Origin: Antedon mediterranea
Lineage: Eukaryota; Animalia; Echinodermata
Reading direction: 5' to 3'
NCBI RefSeq assembly: GCF_964355755.1
Contig: NC_092674.1
Location: 15,190,001 to 15,254,000, forward strand
Length of the DNA stretch: 64,000 nt
Notes under the pieces: generated by a model
Databases searched by the model: none
What the model was told of the DNA's origin: nothing
What the model saw: only the letters and a program-made list of their open reading frames with translations
Shown: positions 50,947 to 62,800 of the stretch, in pieces
Layout: the number at the start of each line of letters is the position of its first letter
Position numbering within the stretch: the stretch's first letter is position 1
Made by a program: the position numbers and the translations under genes

Positions 50947-53080
50947 GTGTTAGTTATGTTGCCTCTTCCCAGTCAACCATTATCTGCAAGATTTGCTGGT
51001 CCTTACAAAGTACTAAAAAGAGTAGGAGAAGTTGACTATGTGTTAGATACTCCAGATAGGCGTAAGAAGAAGCGACTGTGTCATATAAACATGTTGAAAC
51101 CATACACAGCGAGAAATAATAGTGATACCTGTACGTCAACACCAGTTGCGTGTGCTGTTGAAGAGAATTCTGAAGAGTTTGGCGATCCTGATACATGTGT
51201 TAAGATCAGTAATTCAGATGTTCTTGCAAACATTGAAGAGAAAGTTGGTCATTTATCTCGTGATCGTAAGGTTGAAATTGTTAGTTTGATATTTGGAAAT
51301 CTGCAGTTGTTTTCGGATGTTCCAGGTCGAACGAACTTAGTGGAGCATGATGTTAAGACAGCTGATTGTTCACCAATAAAACAAAATCCATATAGAGCAA
51401 ATCCGTTCAAGATGAAGATATTACAAAATGAGATTGATTACATGATTAAGAATGATATAATCGAGCCTAGTTGCAGTGCTTGGAGTTCTCCATGTATATT
51501 AGTTCCGAAGCCAGATAAATCGTATCGTTTTTGTACTGATTATCGGAAGGTTAATGCTAAATCTACTACAGATTCATATCCCATACCGAGGATAGACGAC
51601 TGTATTGATCGTGTGGGTAGTGCTAAGTTTGTCAGTAAATTTGATCTTCTAAAGGGTTACTGGCAAATTCCTTTAACCGAGCGAGCGAAAGAAGTGTCAG
51701 CTTTTGTAACTCCCATGGGTCTTTATCAGTATAAAGTCATGCCATTTGGTTTAAAGAATGCACCAGCCACGTTCCAGAGATTGGTTAATGGTATAATTTC
51801 AGGGTTGGAGGGCTGTGAAGCTTATATAGACGATTTGGTTGTTTATAGTGATACATGGGATGTCCATGTGCAGAGAATTAAGGCATTGTTTGAAAGGTTG
51901 ACAGCTGCAAAGTTGACAGTAAATTTGGTGAAAAGCGAGTTTTCCTGTGCAGAAATTGTGTTCTTAGGTCATAAAGTTGGTTGCGGAAAAGTGAAACCAT
52001 TAAGTGCTAAGATTAAGGCAGTCTGTGATTTCCCAGTTCCAAAGAGTAAGCAGGAGTTAATGCGGTTCCTGGGAATGGCTGGGTTTTATCGACGTTTTTG
52101 CAGAAGTTTCTCAACGCTTGTAGCTCCATTAACGAATCTGCTGAAAAAGAATGCGAGCTTTGTGTGGTTGGAGGAATGCAATAATGCGTTCATTAAAGTT
52201 AAAGCGATGTTATCAAACGAACCGGTGTTGATGGCTCCACAATTTGATAAACAGTTCTCGTTAATGATTGATGCCAGTGATGTTGGTTCTGGTGCTGTGT
52301 TGACGCAAACAGACGAGAACGGTGTTGACAAGCCTGTGTGTTTCTACTCCAGAAAATTCAACCTGCATGAGAAACGTTATTGAAGTGTATCTTGGATCTA
52401 CTCCGTTTCCAATTATAGTTTGGACTGACCACAACCCATTAACGTTCTTGGCAAGAATGAAGGACAAGAATCAACGCCTGTTGAGATGGAGCTTAGCAGT
52501 TCAAGAAATGAATTTGGAAATTCATCATATCAGAGGAAAAGACAATGTTGTAGCTGACGCTTTGTCAAGAGTTTAGATAAAACATGCACGAAATGATTTT
52601 AAAAGTTTTGTTGATTTTAAGTGTGTTTATTTAATTATAATATGTTAGTTGTGATAGAGTGATGCATTAATGGCATACACGGATTTAAAGTAATTATAAC
52701 TTGTGAAATTTTAAAGAAGCAGTTGAAGTAAATTCATATCAACGACCTGTTAAAATAACTACTGTATAAGAAAAGATTTAAGATGTTATAGTAAACAGTT
52801 ATAAGTTTAATCATATCAAACTTTCTTTAAGTGGGGGTGTGTGATGGGTTTGTCACACGGAAGTGAGCCCTCTAGAGTAAAAGAGGGAGATGAATAAAGA
52901 TGGACGACAACTACAACGTGTTTTTTTATGTTCTTATTGTTGGTTTCAGTTAAATATTAAGATTGTAAAGAAAGGATGCTATATGAGCATGAGGTAAGTG
53001 TGCCTTAAAGTGAAAGATACAAATATGGTAATACAAACGTTGAAATGAATAAAGATATATATACAGAATTGATCTAGCGT
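50947..53080 (+). mobile_element. Gmr1-type Gypsy, copy 3: integrase C-terminus, RT, RNase H with deletion, partial LTR (from ~52840)
   Basis: 478-aa ORF GPY..HINMLK..RT(YIDD)..DASD..EKRY*. Confidence 0.9.
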
Positions 53081-53348
53081 TTTTTTTTTTTTTTTAAACT
53101 CATTAAGTATGAAAAAATTGCGTTTTTGTTTGTCCTTTTTGTAAGCCTACATTGTTTTTTCTGAATTTCGGACATTACGTCATTATGACATCGTGACGTC
53201 ATTCTTGTACACTCGTTCTACTTCCGGGACTGCACACGTGTGAACCGCGATGCTGGTTTGGTATTCTTTTTCATTGCGATCCTTTCATCAACCGATACAT
53301 AATTCAATAGCCTAAAATATTTTCGATTAATTCTGGTCTTTATTCAAC

Positions 53349-56300
53349 ATGCGCTGTGTGGCGTATGGTTGCAGCAAAACCCATGCTGATGGGGTAAGTT
53401 TTCACGTGTTTCCGAAGGAGGTAAAATTGCGGAGGGAATGGACTTTAGCTACCCAAAAAACCAGAAAGGATTGGAAGCCTAGTAAATACTCGGCGTTATG
53501 TAGCGACCATTTTGAACTCGAATGCTTCGAAGAGAAGGCCCGGTTTGGGAGTGAGCTCGGCGTAAGTGGCAAAATAAACAAACGGTTAAAGCCAAATATG
53601 AAGCCAACGATATTTGTGAAGCCTAAAAGTAAAACATCAAGTCAAAGTGTTAAAAAAAAACGAAGATCTACCGCCTATGAAAAAAGGGAGCACAACAGGG
53701 TAAGTCAATTATTGTAGGCCTTTCTTCTATTGTTTTCGCCCCGTTCGGCGTTCGTAATTTTATTTTATTCTAATAAACAAGTCACATGACTGACTACATC
53801 AATCATTCCCATCTTAAAATATTATTACTACATTATTCAAGCCTTAGCTTTACTTGACTTGACTAAATTACTAGTACTACTCACTCAGGCGAAAACTGTA
53901 TTATTTAATTATTGTTGAAATTTAGTGGTGATTGTATTTGCCCATGGAGTTATAAAGCTAATTTTATAACTCCATGATTTGCCTAAGCCTACATAATTCT
54001 ATAATTGTTGGTTGGTTTTCTAGGTTCTTCAATCAATACTCATTAATTCCCTCTATGGACAAGAGTGAAAGTTGCGAAACAGACAACGAAGTGCCGGTGA
54101 TGATGGATATGCAACTTACAGCTGAAAAAGAAACACAAGTAAGTCCTTTTTCCAAACACAATTTGGAAATTTCATTTGAGAAATAACTATTTTGAATTAA
54201 AATTGAATTGAAATTATTTTTAGTTTCATTCTGGTCACATTATTATTTTAAAATTTCTTGAGAATGTACAAATTTAATATTGAATATTATACAGTACTAA
54301 TAATCTGTATTTTCTTTTAGACAACCGAACTAACGGTAGTACACTGTGCCTGTTGTAGTCATGCCAAACCAAAGATAAAATTGAAGAATTCAAGCTTTCA
54401 ATGGGGACGTCCTAAAATGATGGATAAAGGTTTGTACAACACCAGATATTTTATAAAATACCAGAATAAAAAAAAATGTTTTATAATAATTATAATTATT
54501 TCTATTTAATTGGAAATAGTCAATCAAGGACATTATCCATACAGAATAAAACACAAGATGATTTCTATTGGGCTGTCAAGTAAAGCAATCAAACTATACA
54601 GCAACCAATTATAAATACCCTATATTCAACTAACATGCCTGTTCTATGTATTTTAAATATAGGAAATCAGATATTTCCTGTGGAAGAAGTGAGACAACTG
54701 CCTGAGAAACAAACGAACATAGAGCCAGATTCAGATTTTAATGAAGAGACGGACAGTGAGGAAGACGAAAGTGATGCTGAACCCTGTTATGATGACGAAA
54801 AGCAAGATCCTGATTACATTCCTTGTGATGATGATGAGGATGCTGACAATATTGAAATAAATGCGCAAGTAATTTTCATATTACATATTATCTTGATTAA
54901 ATGTTTTTATTTTTTAAAATTCTGTTGTAATACTGCTACTGTATATAAATTAAAAAAAGGCCCTCTGTTCATTTTTTTAGTACACCACCTGATGTATACA
55001 GAGGACGCAAGTACCTGGTATGTGAAAATGAATTGCTGGCCGCTTTTAATACTTGCGTAATGTGCGGTCATCCATCAACAAGCAGGATTGCATCAACAAT
55101 TGGGACATTTTGTCGGGTGAAGCAGGAATGCATCAATTGTGATTTCCAACGAATATGGAGTAGTCAACCATTCATAAAGAATGTGCCAGCTGGCAATTTA
55201 CTGCTCTCGGCTGCAATTTTGATGTCCGGGAGTTCTGTAACCAAGAGCTTGCGCCTTTTTAGTCACCTAAAGATGGTAGCCATTTGTAGGAAAACTTTCA
55301 ACGAGCATCAAAAGATGTATTTACTGCCAAGTATCCGACAAGTCTGGAGGAACCACCAAGAGAAGGCAATTACCAATTTGAAGGAAGATGAGAGCGTTGT
55401 TTTGGGAGGAGACGGTAGGGCAGATTCTCCAGGGCACTCTGCCAAATATGGCAGCTACACTATGATGGACCTGAAGCTAAATAAAATTATAGAGATACAA
55501 ATTGTTCAGGTACTTTCTCATTACATAATAGCTGTATACAAAGATACTAACCTACAAATTTTTCCCTTTGAAACCAAATAATTACTTTAAACTATTTTTT
55601 ATTAAATAAGCATATTTATTCTATTACAGTCGAATGAAGTTGGTAGTAGCTATCATATGGAAAAGGAAGGGCTGATATGGGCAGTCAATTTCTTAAAAGA
55701 AAATAACATAGCAATATCAACCTTGGTGACGGACCGGCATTGCCAAATAAAAAAATGGGTGCGGGAAAACCTACCAGATACAAAACACAAGTTTGACCTC
55801 TGGCATATTGCAAAAGGTAAATACATTTCAATTAAATTGTTTTTCAAAAAAGCACAACTTTAATTTAATTATTCAATTTTGTTAAATTATTTATTTTATT
55901 TTATTAGGGGTTTCAAAGAAGCTTGAGGCAGTGGCAAAGCTGATTAGTGGTAAAGATGTTAAGCCATGGATCCACAGCATAAGCAACCACATGTACTGGT
56001 GTGCAACTTCAACTGTGGATGGTGATGGCAAAATGATGCTTGCAAAGTGGAAATCAGTGGGGCAGCATATCCAAAATATACACACGGGCCATAGCGATGT
56101 GTTTAAAGAGTGTGAGCATGGCGAACTTCAGGGAAGAGAGCGAAAGAAGAAATGGATGACGACAGGTAAATTCATGACAATAATTAAACATAATTCTATT
56201 AAATAATAGACTATCAATTGTTGAACTGTTTTTAGGCTACAAATATCTGAATAGAATAGTCACCTAATATTACAACTACCTAATCAATTACCTTACTTTT

Positions 56301-57167
56301 TACTGTACAGGTAGCGCAGCCCTACTTAAAACATTGGACGTCATAAACAATCCTCGGCTATGCAAAGATTTTGTTATGATGAGCGAGAAGTACCAAACTT
56401 CAAGACTCGAGGCTTTCTACTCAACCTTAAACCACTTCGCACCGAAGATGACGCATTTTTCATATTGGGGCCAGACATGCAGGCAAGTACTTCACAAATG
56501 TTCAAAACTTAGATAGTTAACGACAGTGACAAATTAATAAAATAAATAAAAACATAAGCCAAATTTTAAAGAAATGATATTTTTAGTCATTGAAGAGTTT
56601 GTGTGTAAACTTTAAAAAAAAAATTGTAAATAATGATTGATATTAATAACAATTAACTGATTACTGTATGATCTCAACAGAACATTTCTTGCAGGACTGC
56701 ATTATAATGAAAATTCCGATAGAGAACAAGCAATCACTGCAGAAGGAAAAGAACGCTTTTGTGTTGCCTTCCCAAAGTTCAAACATGGTGGATACAGTGT
56801 CAAAAAAGTGTACAAAGATCCAACGTATGGTGAGTTTTAAGCAAACACATTAAAAGAAAGTCAGATCCCAAAATAGAACAAATGTATAAATTTATTACTT
56901 AACACCAACATACTATACATAACATTCAGTGTTTTGATTTGAGTAGTTTCTTAATATGTACATAATTGTTTCACAGACTATGTTGATGAAATCATCCATC
57001 TGGTCAGACAAGAAAACCCCCCAAAGAGAAAACTTGGCGGTTACACCAGGGAAGGAGTTGAAATAGCAGTAAGGCGTATAAAAAATGGTGAATTGTCAGT
57101 GAGGTCGGCCATCAAACTGTATCAAATTCCGAAATCTACGCTATCGGACAAAGGAAGACCCCTGTAA
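53349..57167 (+). CDS. THAP + Kolobok-type DDE transposase with in-frame C-terminal psq-type HTH, copy 3. Exons 53349-53699, [54024-54138], 54321-54429, 54520-54579, 54663-54864, 54981-55509, 55630-55816, 55908-56165, 56311-56482, 56681-56829, 56977-57167
   Basis: Splice phases are consistent except exon 2 (115 nt); motifs GDGRADSPGHSAKYG.Y, SNEV.SS..MEKEGL, TDRH, DLWHIAK, TSRLEAF.S...FAPK, LAGLHYNEN; 735 aa if exon 2 is skipped. Confidence 0.7.
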
Positions 57168-57688
57168 TATCAAAACAGGGACCAAACCCATGGCTAACTG
57201 TCGCAGAAGAAAATAAAATTGTCGAATGGTTGAAGGGCATGGATAGGGTATGGCCGCACTCACTATAAGCTAAAAAATCATAAAGAGTGATGGCCGGGAC
57301 ACCCCTTTTAAAAACAACATGCCGGGATGGCAATGGCAACGCAACTTCATAAAACGCCACCCCGACCTGGTTGTGAGACTTCCAGAGTCCCTAGGAGTGG
57401 TGAGGGCTGGGGTCTCAAAAGAAAAGCTAGCGGGGTGGTTCGAAGAATGTCAACGTTTCATAGCAAAGGAAAAGATACAAGAAGCGTTTGCGGATCCGTC
57501 CTGTCTGAATAACTTTGATGAAACGGGCTTCCCTCTGGGTGTCAAGAACAAACGAGTGCTTGCGGCCAAGGATGCAAAGGATGTCTTTCAGCAGACATTG
57601 TTAACACGTCACCAAATAACAGTAGTAGGTGGCTGCAACGCTGCTGGGTCCTTTATACCACCCATAATTATATTTCCGGGAATACAAT
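57002..57688 (+). mobile_element. pogo/Tigger fragment, copy 3
   Basis: As copy 1. Confidence 0.85.
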
Positions 57689-57884
57689 CCACTAAAAGAA
57701 TATCATAGAGCCAAAAAAAACGCGATACAATATATAAAATAGAGGGCGTCCGAATACGGAAACACACCTGTCCGAGTACATATACCAAATACTTTTTTTA
57801 AATAGATATTTATAACATCGAAGAATATTTAAAAGATTCTATAATTATTTTTTACGAGGTAAGTTACCTATAAAAATCAACTAT

Positions 57885-58853
57885 CAATCAACTATATCTT
57901 CATCTATTAATGTCAACGCTGGTATACCTCAAGGATCCAACCTTGGGCCACTGTTATTCTCCATATACATAAATGATCTCCCCAATTGTTTATCGTACTC
58001 TTCAATGGATATGTTTGCTGATGATACCATAATTTACAATTCTAGCGATAAGGTAGACGATATTGTAACCAATCTTAATTTTGACTTGGATAAAATCTCC
58101 ACTTGGCTTCTAGCTAATAGTCTTGCGCTCAATACTAAAAAAACTGAAGTGATGGTAATTGGAACGCCACAAAGGCTTTCTTTACTCGGGCCTATAAATG
58201 TTTCTATTAGCAACTTACCTATCAAACAGGTTACCCAACATAAGCATCTTGGCATCATTCTTGACCATCATCTTACTTTTATTCCGCACGTTGATAAGTT
58301 GTGCAACAAATTAAGTTCCTCTATCTCCATCCTCGCCCGAACTCGAAAATTTGTCCACCAAGCTACATCTCTTATGTTATACAATGCTCTTGTCTTACCT
58401 CATATTGACTATTGTTGTTCTCTCTGGGGCTCACGAGCACCACTCGTTGCTAAAGTCCAGAAACTTCAAAATAGAGCTAAAAGAGTTATCTTGAAAGTTC
58501 ACCCTCATACCCCATCCCACCTTATTGATAACACCATTTCTATCTCATCCGTTTCTCAACGTTATCAGTTTCAACTTGGTTGTCTCGCCTATCGGGCTTC
58601 CATCAATACCGTTCCGGATTACATCAGTCGCATGTTAACCAGGACTCAGCCCGGAGGTCGACCTACTACCAGATCCATCTCTAATTGTAATTATTTTATT
58701 CCTCGACCTTCTTTAGAGATCTTTAAACAATGTTTCAGTTATAAAGCGCCTATGTATTTTAATATGATTCCTAAAATCATTCGACAATCTGAAAATGTTA
58801 TTTCCTTTAAACGTGAACTTAAACAATTTATTTCCAGTTAATATTGTTCGTAC

Positions 58854-58929
<76 letters not shown>

Positions 58930-59118
58930 TTTCTGTCAACGATTTTAACTTTTATATGAATTTTATATAATCATTGTCAATTTTTAAGCCTTTAATATAT
59001 TTTATGTCATTTTAATATTTAATATTTTATGTGTTGTACTGTATGTTTGTTTTATCGAGGGCCCTGAATGATCAGTTCTATTAGGAACTGGATAGGCTAC
59101 CCTCAGTAAATATGGTAA

Positions 59119-59149
<31 letters not shown>

Positions 59150-59152
59150 AAA
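57885..59152 (+). mobile_element. 5'-truncated L2/Crack-group LINE: RT 3' half, 3' UTR with (TA)n, terminal stem-loop, (AAAT)n tail
   Basis: GIPQGSNLGPLLF.IYINDL, MFADDT, LALNTKKT, KHLGIILD, YCCSLWG, LQNRA; gaggg..cagttc...gaactg..ccctc; aataaataaa tail. Confidence 0.9.
58858..58926. repeat. (TA)n microsatellite
   Basis: ~34 TA units. Confidence 0.97.
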
Positions 59153-59859
59153 ATTGAATACATTTCCAACCAAATAAGTTTTTAATACCAAATTTTAATT
59201 TGTTCTTTTATTTCTGATGTAGGAAAAAAGTGTGGTACATCAGAACCTTAAAAAAGGAGTAAAGTTAATCTTCGGCCAAAATCAACAGTAACAGATGAGC
59301 AAATCTTGGAAAAATGTCTACTTTCTGATGTATTGGCAACAATAAAAAGAAATCCCTTGTTTGCGGACTCTGAGAATGAGAAAAGGCTGAGTGACTTTAT
59401 TGAACGTGTAGTGAAAACAACTGAGGAAGATAATGCAAGGCTAAGCAAGTTTTTAATAGACCTCTGTACTAAAATTATCAAGGTAATTGAAGACAAAAAT
59501 TGGCAGAGTCGAGTGATGTTTTGGGATTAGAAATTTAAAAACTGAATTATGATAAATTGAAGCTGTCATGGAAATTGATTCTTCAGCAAGAGTGTTCGCT
59601 GAAGAATGTGTCTTTAATAAATTTCGTCTACGGACAGTTGATAACGGAACTGTACAAAATAATCCTACCTTAAGTATGAAGTGCAGCTAACAACAGTGCA
59701 GTTTAATTTTTAAGCTTGTTTGAGGGTTTTTTGTTTTTTGTGATGCGCTTTGTTAAAAGAGCCATAAAAATCAAATAATAAAAAAAAATAATGGACATGG
59801 ACATTATGTCTTTTTTAAGTGTCTATTGTCTAGGTGTTTGTCTTTGAAAAAAAATCGTA

Positions 59860-62800
59860 AATTGAACGTCATGCTGAACGGACGTGTCTAATCGTAGCTC
59901 CGGGTTTATCACTAAGCTACTTCATTTCACTTGATTGTTCACTGATACAACAATAATTTACTCTGCTTTACATTGTTTCTCTACCTGTGCTATATATTTC
60001 TGAATATCTACTCTTGTTTTTTGTACGTTTTTAATCATTTGAGAAGCTAGCCCAGCTATGCCGAAAACAACTAAAGCGAATAAGGACCAATCACCTTACA
60101 CCAGCACAAAGGAAAATAGCGCAAATTCCAACCTTGATAGGAAGAATGCGGATAATGGCGGCCTAGCTGACGGTGAATTGGCGGACATAATACTCACTCA
60201 AATACAAAGTTTTTTCGATGATAATTCGGATATGATGTCTAACATTGCTACTAAGGTTACTACAATGATTAAAACACAACTGGCTGCAGATTTAACTGAG
60301 CAAATAGTCAAGGCCACAATTGATAGCCTAAATTCAAAACTTAACGATCAAAGTGATCGTATAAAAACACTAGAAGAAAAAATTCAGAAAATGGAGGATG
60401 ACATGACGAATCTGAACAATATTCCAGACGGAACTGCTTAATTTTATATGGCGTTCCCGAGCAAACAAACGAAAACACCGATAATAAGGTAATTGACATT
60501 ATTTCTAATAAACTATCTGTTACTGTACATCCTAAGGACATTGATAGAAGCCATAGGCTCGGTCCAGTACGCAATAAAAACCCAAGAGGTATTATAATCA
60601 AATTTAGTAACTATAACAAACGATACGAGGAATATAGAGCCAAGAAGTACCTACAGAACTCAAGATTGTACATTCACGAAAACTTGACAATAAAACGCTC
60701 TGGCCTTTTGAAGTAGGTCAAGCGCATGTTCAGTACAAACATTAAGGCAACGTGGACCCAGGATGGTAGGATACATGTTTTATCGAATTTGGACAAAAAA
60801 GTCTTGATTTTTAAACAATCAGTGTAGATCAATCATATTTAATATCATTCGTTTATTTGTAGCTTAGTGTATCTCAAATTTTTTAACTTTTTAAGAACTT
60901 TTTTTAAAAATCTTTTTGAACTTTTTAGAACTTTTTTACTCCATTTAGTTAGTTGTTGTAGTATATATTTTTATATTTTTTTAACAAACTGTCTTGTTTT
61001 TAAATCATTTTTAACGTTTATGATAACGTAATTGACCAGGTCTGCTCTGCCTATGATGCAAACATTAATAATACGTATATTGCACCTAATGAAATCCATA
61101 CATTAGATACATTTAGTAATGACGCTTTTTCTTTGCTACATTTAAATTCCCGAAGTCTGCCTCTTCATTTTGATGAAATATCAACCCTCTTATCTTACTC
61201 TGGACACAAATATCATCCCTATTATCTTACTCTGGACACAAATATCATCCCTATTATCTTACTCTGGACACAAATATCAACCCTCTTATCTTACTCTGGA
61301 CACAAATATCATCCCTATTATCTTACTCTGGACACAAATATCAACCCTCTTATCTTACTCTGGACACAAATATCAACCCTATTATCTTACTCTGGACACA
61401 AATATCATCCCTATTATCTTACTCTGGACACAAATATCATCCCTATTATCTTACTCTGGACACAAATATCAACCCTATTATCTTACTCTGGACACAAATA
61501 TCATCCCTATTATCTTACTCTGGACACAAATATCAACCCTCTTATCTTACTCTGGACACAAATATCAACCCTATTATCTTACTCTGGACACAAATATCAT
61601 CCCTATTATCTTACTCTGGACACAAATATCAACCCTATTATCTTACTCTGGACACAAATATCAACCCTATTATCTTACTCTGGACACAAATATCATCCCT
61701 ATTATCTTACTCTGGACACAAATATCAACCCTATTATCTTACTCTGGACACAAATATCATCCCTCTTATCTTACTCTGGACACAAATATCAACCCTATTA
61801 TCTTACTCTGGACACAAATATCATCCCTATTATCTTACTCTGGACACAAATATCAACCCTCTTATCTTACTCTGGACACAAATATCAACCCTCTTATCTT
61901 ACTCTGGACACAAATATCAACCCTCTTATCTTACTCTGGACACAAATATCAACCCTCTTATCTTACTCTGGACACAAATATCAACCCTCTTATCTTACTC
62001 TGGACACAAATATCAACCCTATTATCTTACTCTGGACACAAATATCAACCCTCTTATCTTACTCTGGACAACACAAATATCAACCCTCTTATCTTACTCT
62101 GGACACAAATATCAACCCTCTTATCTTACTCTGGACACAAATATCAACCCTATTATCTTACTCTGGACACAAATATCAACCCTCTTATCTTACTCTGGAC
62201 ACAAATATCAACCCTATTATCTTACTCTGGACACAAATATCAACCCTATTATCTTACTCTGGACACAAATATCAACCCTCTTATCTTACTCTGGACACAA
62301 ATATCAACCCTATTATCTTACTCTGGACACAAATATCAACCCTATTATCTTACTCTGGACACAAATATCAACCCTATTATCTTACTCTGGACACAAATAT
62401 CAACCCTATTATCTTACTCTGGACACAAATATCAACCCTATTATCTTACTCTGGACACAAATATCATCCCTATTATCTTACTCTGGACACAAATATCATC
62501 CCTCTTATCTTACTCTGGACACAAATATCAACCCTCTTATCTTACTCTGGACACAAATATCAACCCTCTTATCTTACTCTGGACACAAATATCAACCCTC
62601 TTATCTTACTCTGGACACAAATATCAACCCTCTTATCTTACTCTGGACACAAATATCAACCCTCTTATCTTACTCTGGACACAAATATCAACCCTCTTAT
62701 CTTACTCTGGACACAAATATCAACCCTCTTATCTTACTCTGGACACAAATATCAACCCTCTTATCTTACTCTGGACACAAATATCAACCCTCTTATCTTA

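Larger units (their letters stand above)
50947..57944 (+). repeat. ~7.0-kb tandem unit, copy 3
   Basis: Colinear with copy 2; runs on into the uninterrupted L2 RT. Confidence 0.97.

Noticed and set aside
37193-57944. Triplication as a pure assembly artefact
   Set aside because: Copies carry distinct substitutions and indels (12-bp deletion in copy 1, stop at 45090 in copy 2, 11-bp deletion near 53150 in copy 3); haplotype stacking is not fully excluded
59223-59530. Exon-like coding stretch (EKCLLSDVLATIKRNPLF...)
   Set aside because: Contains stops and I recognise no motif
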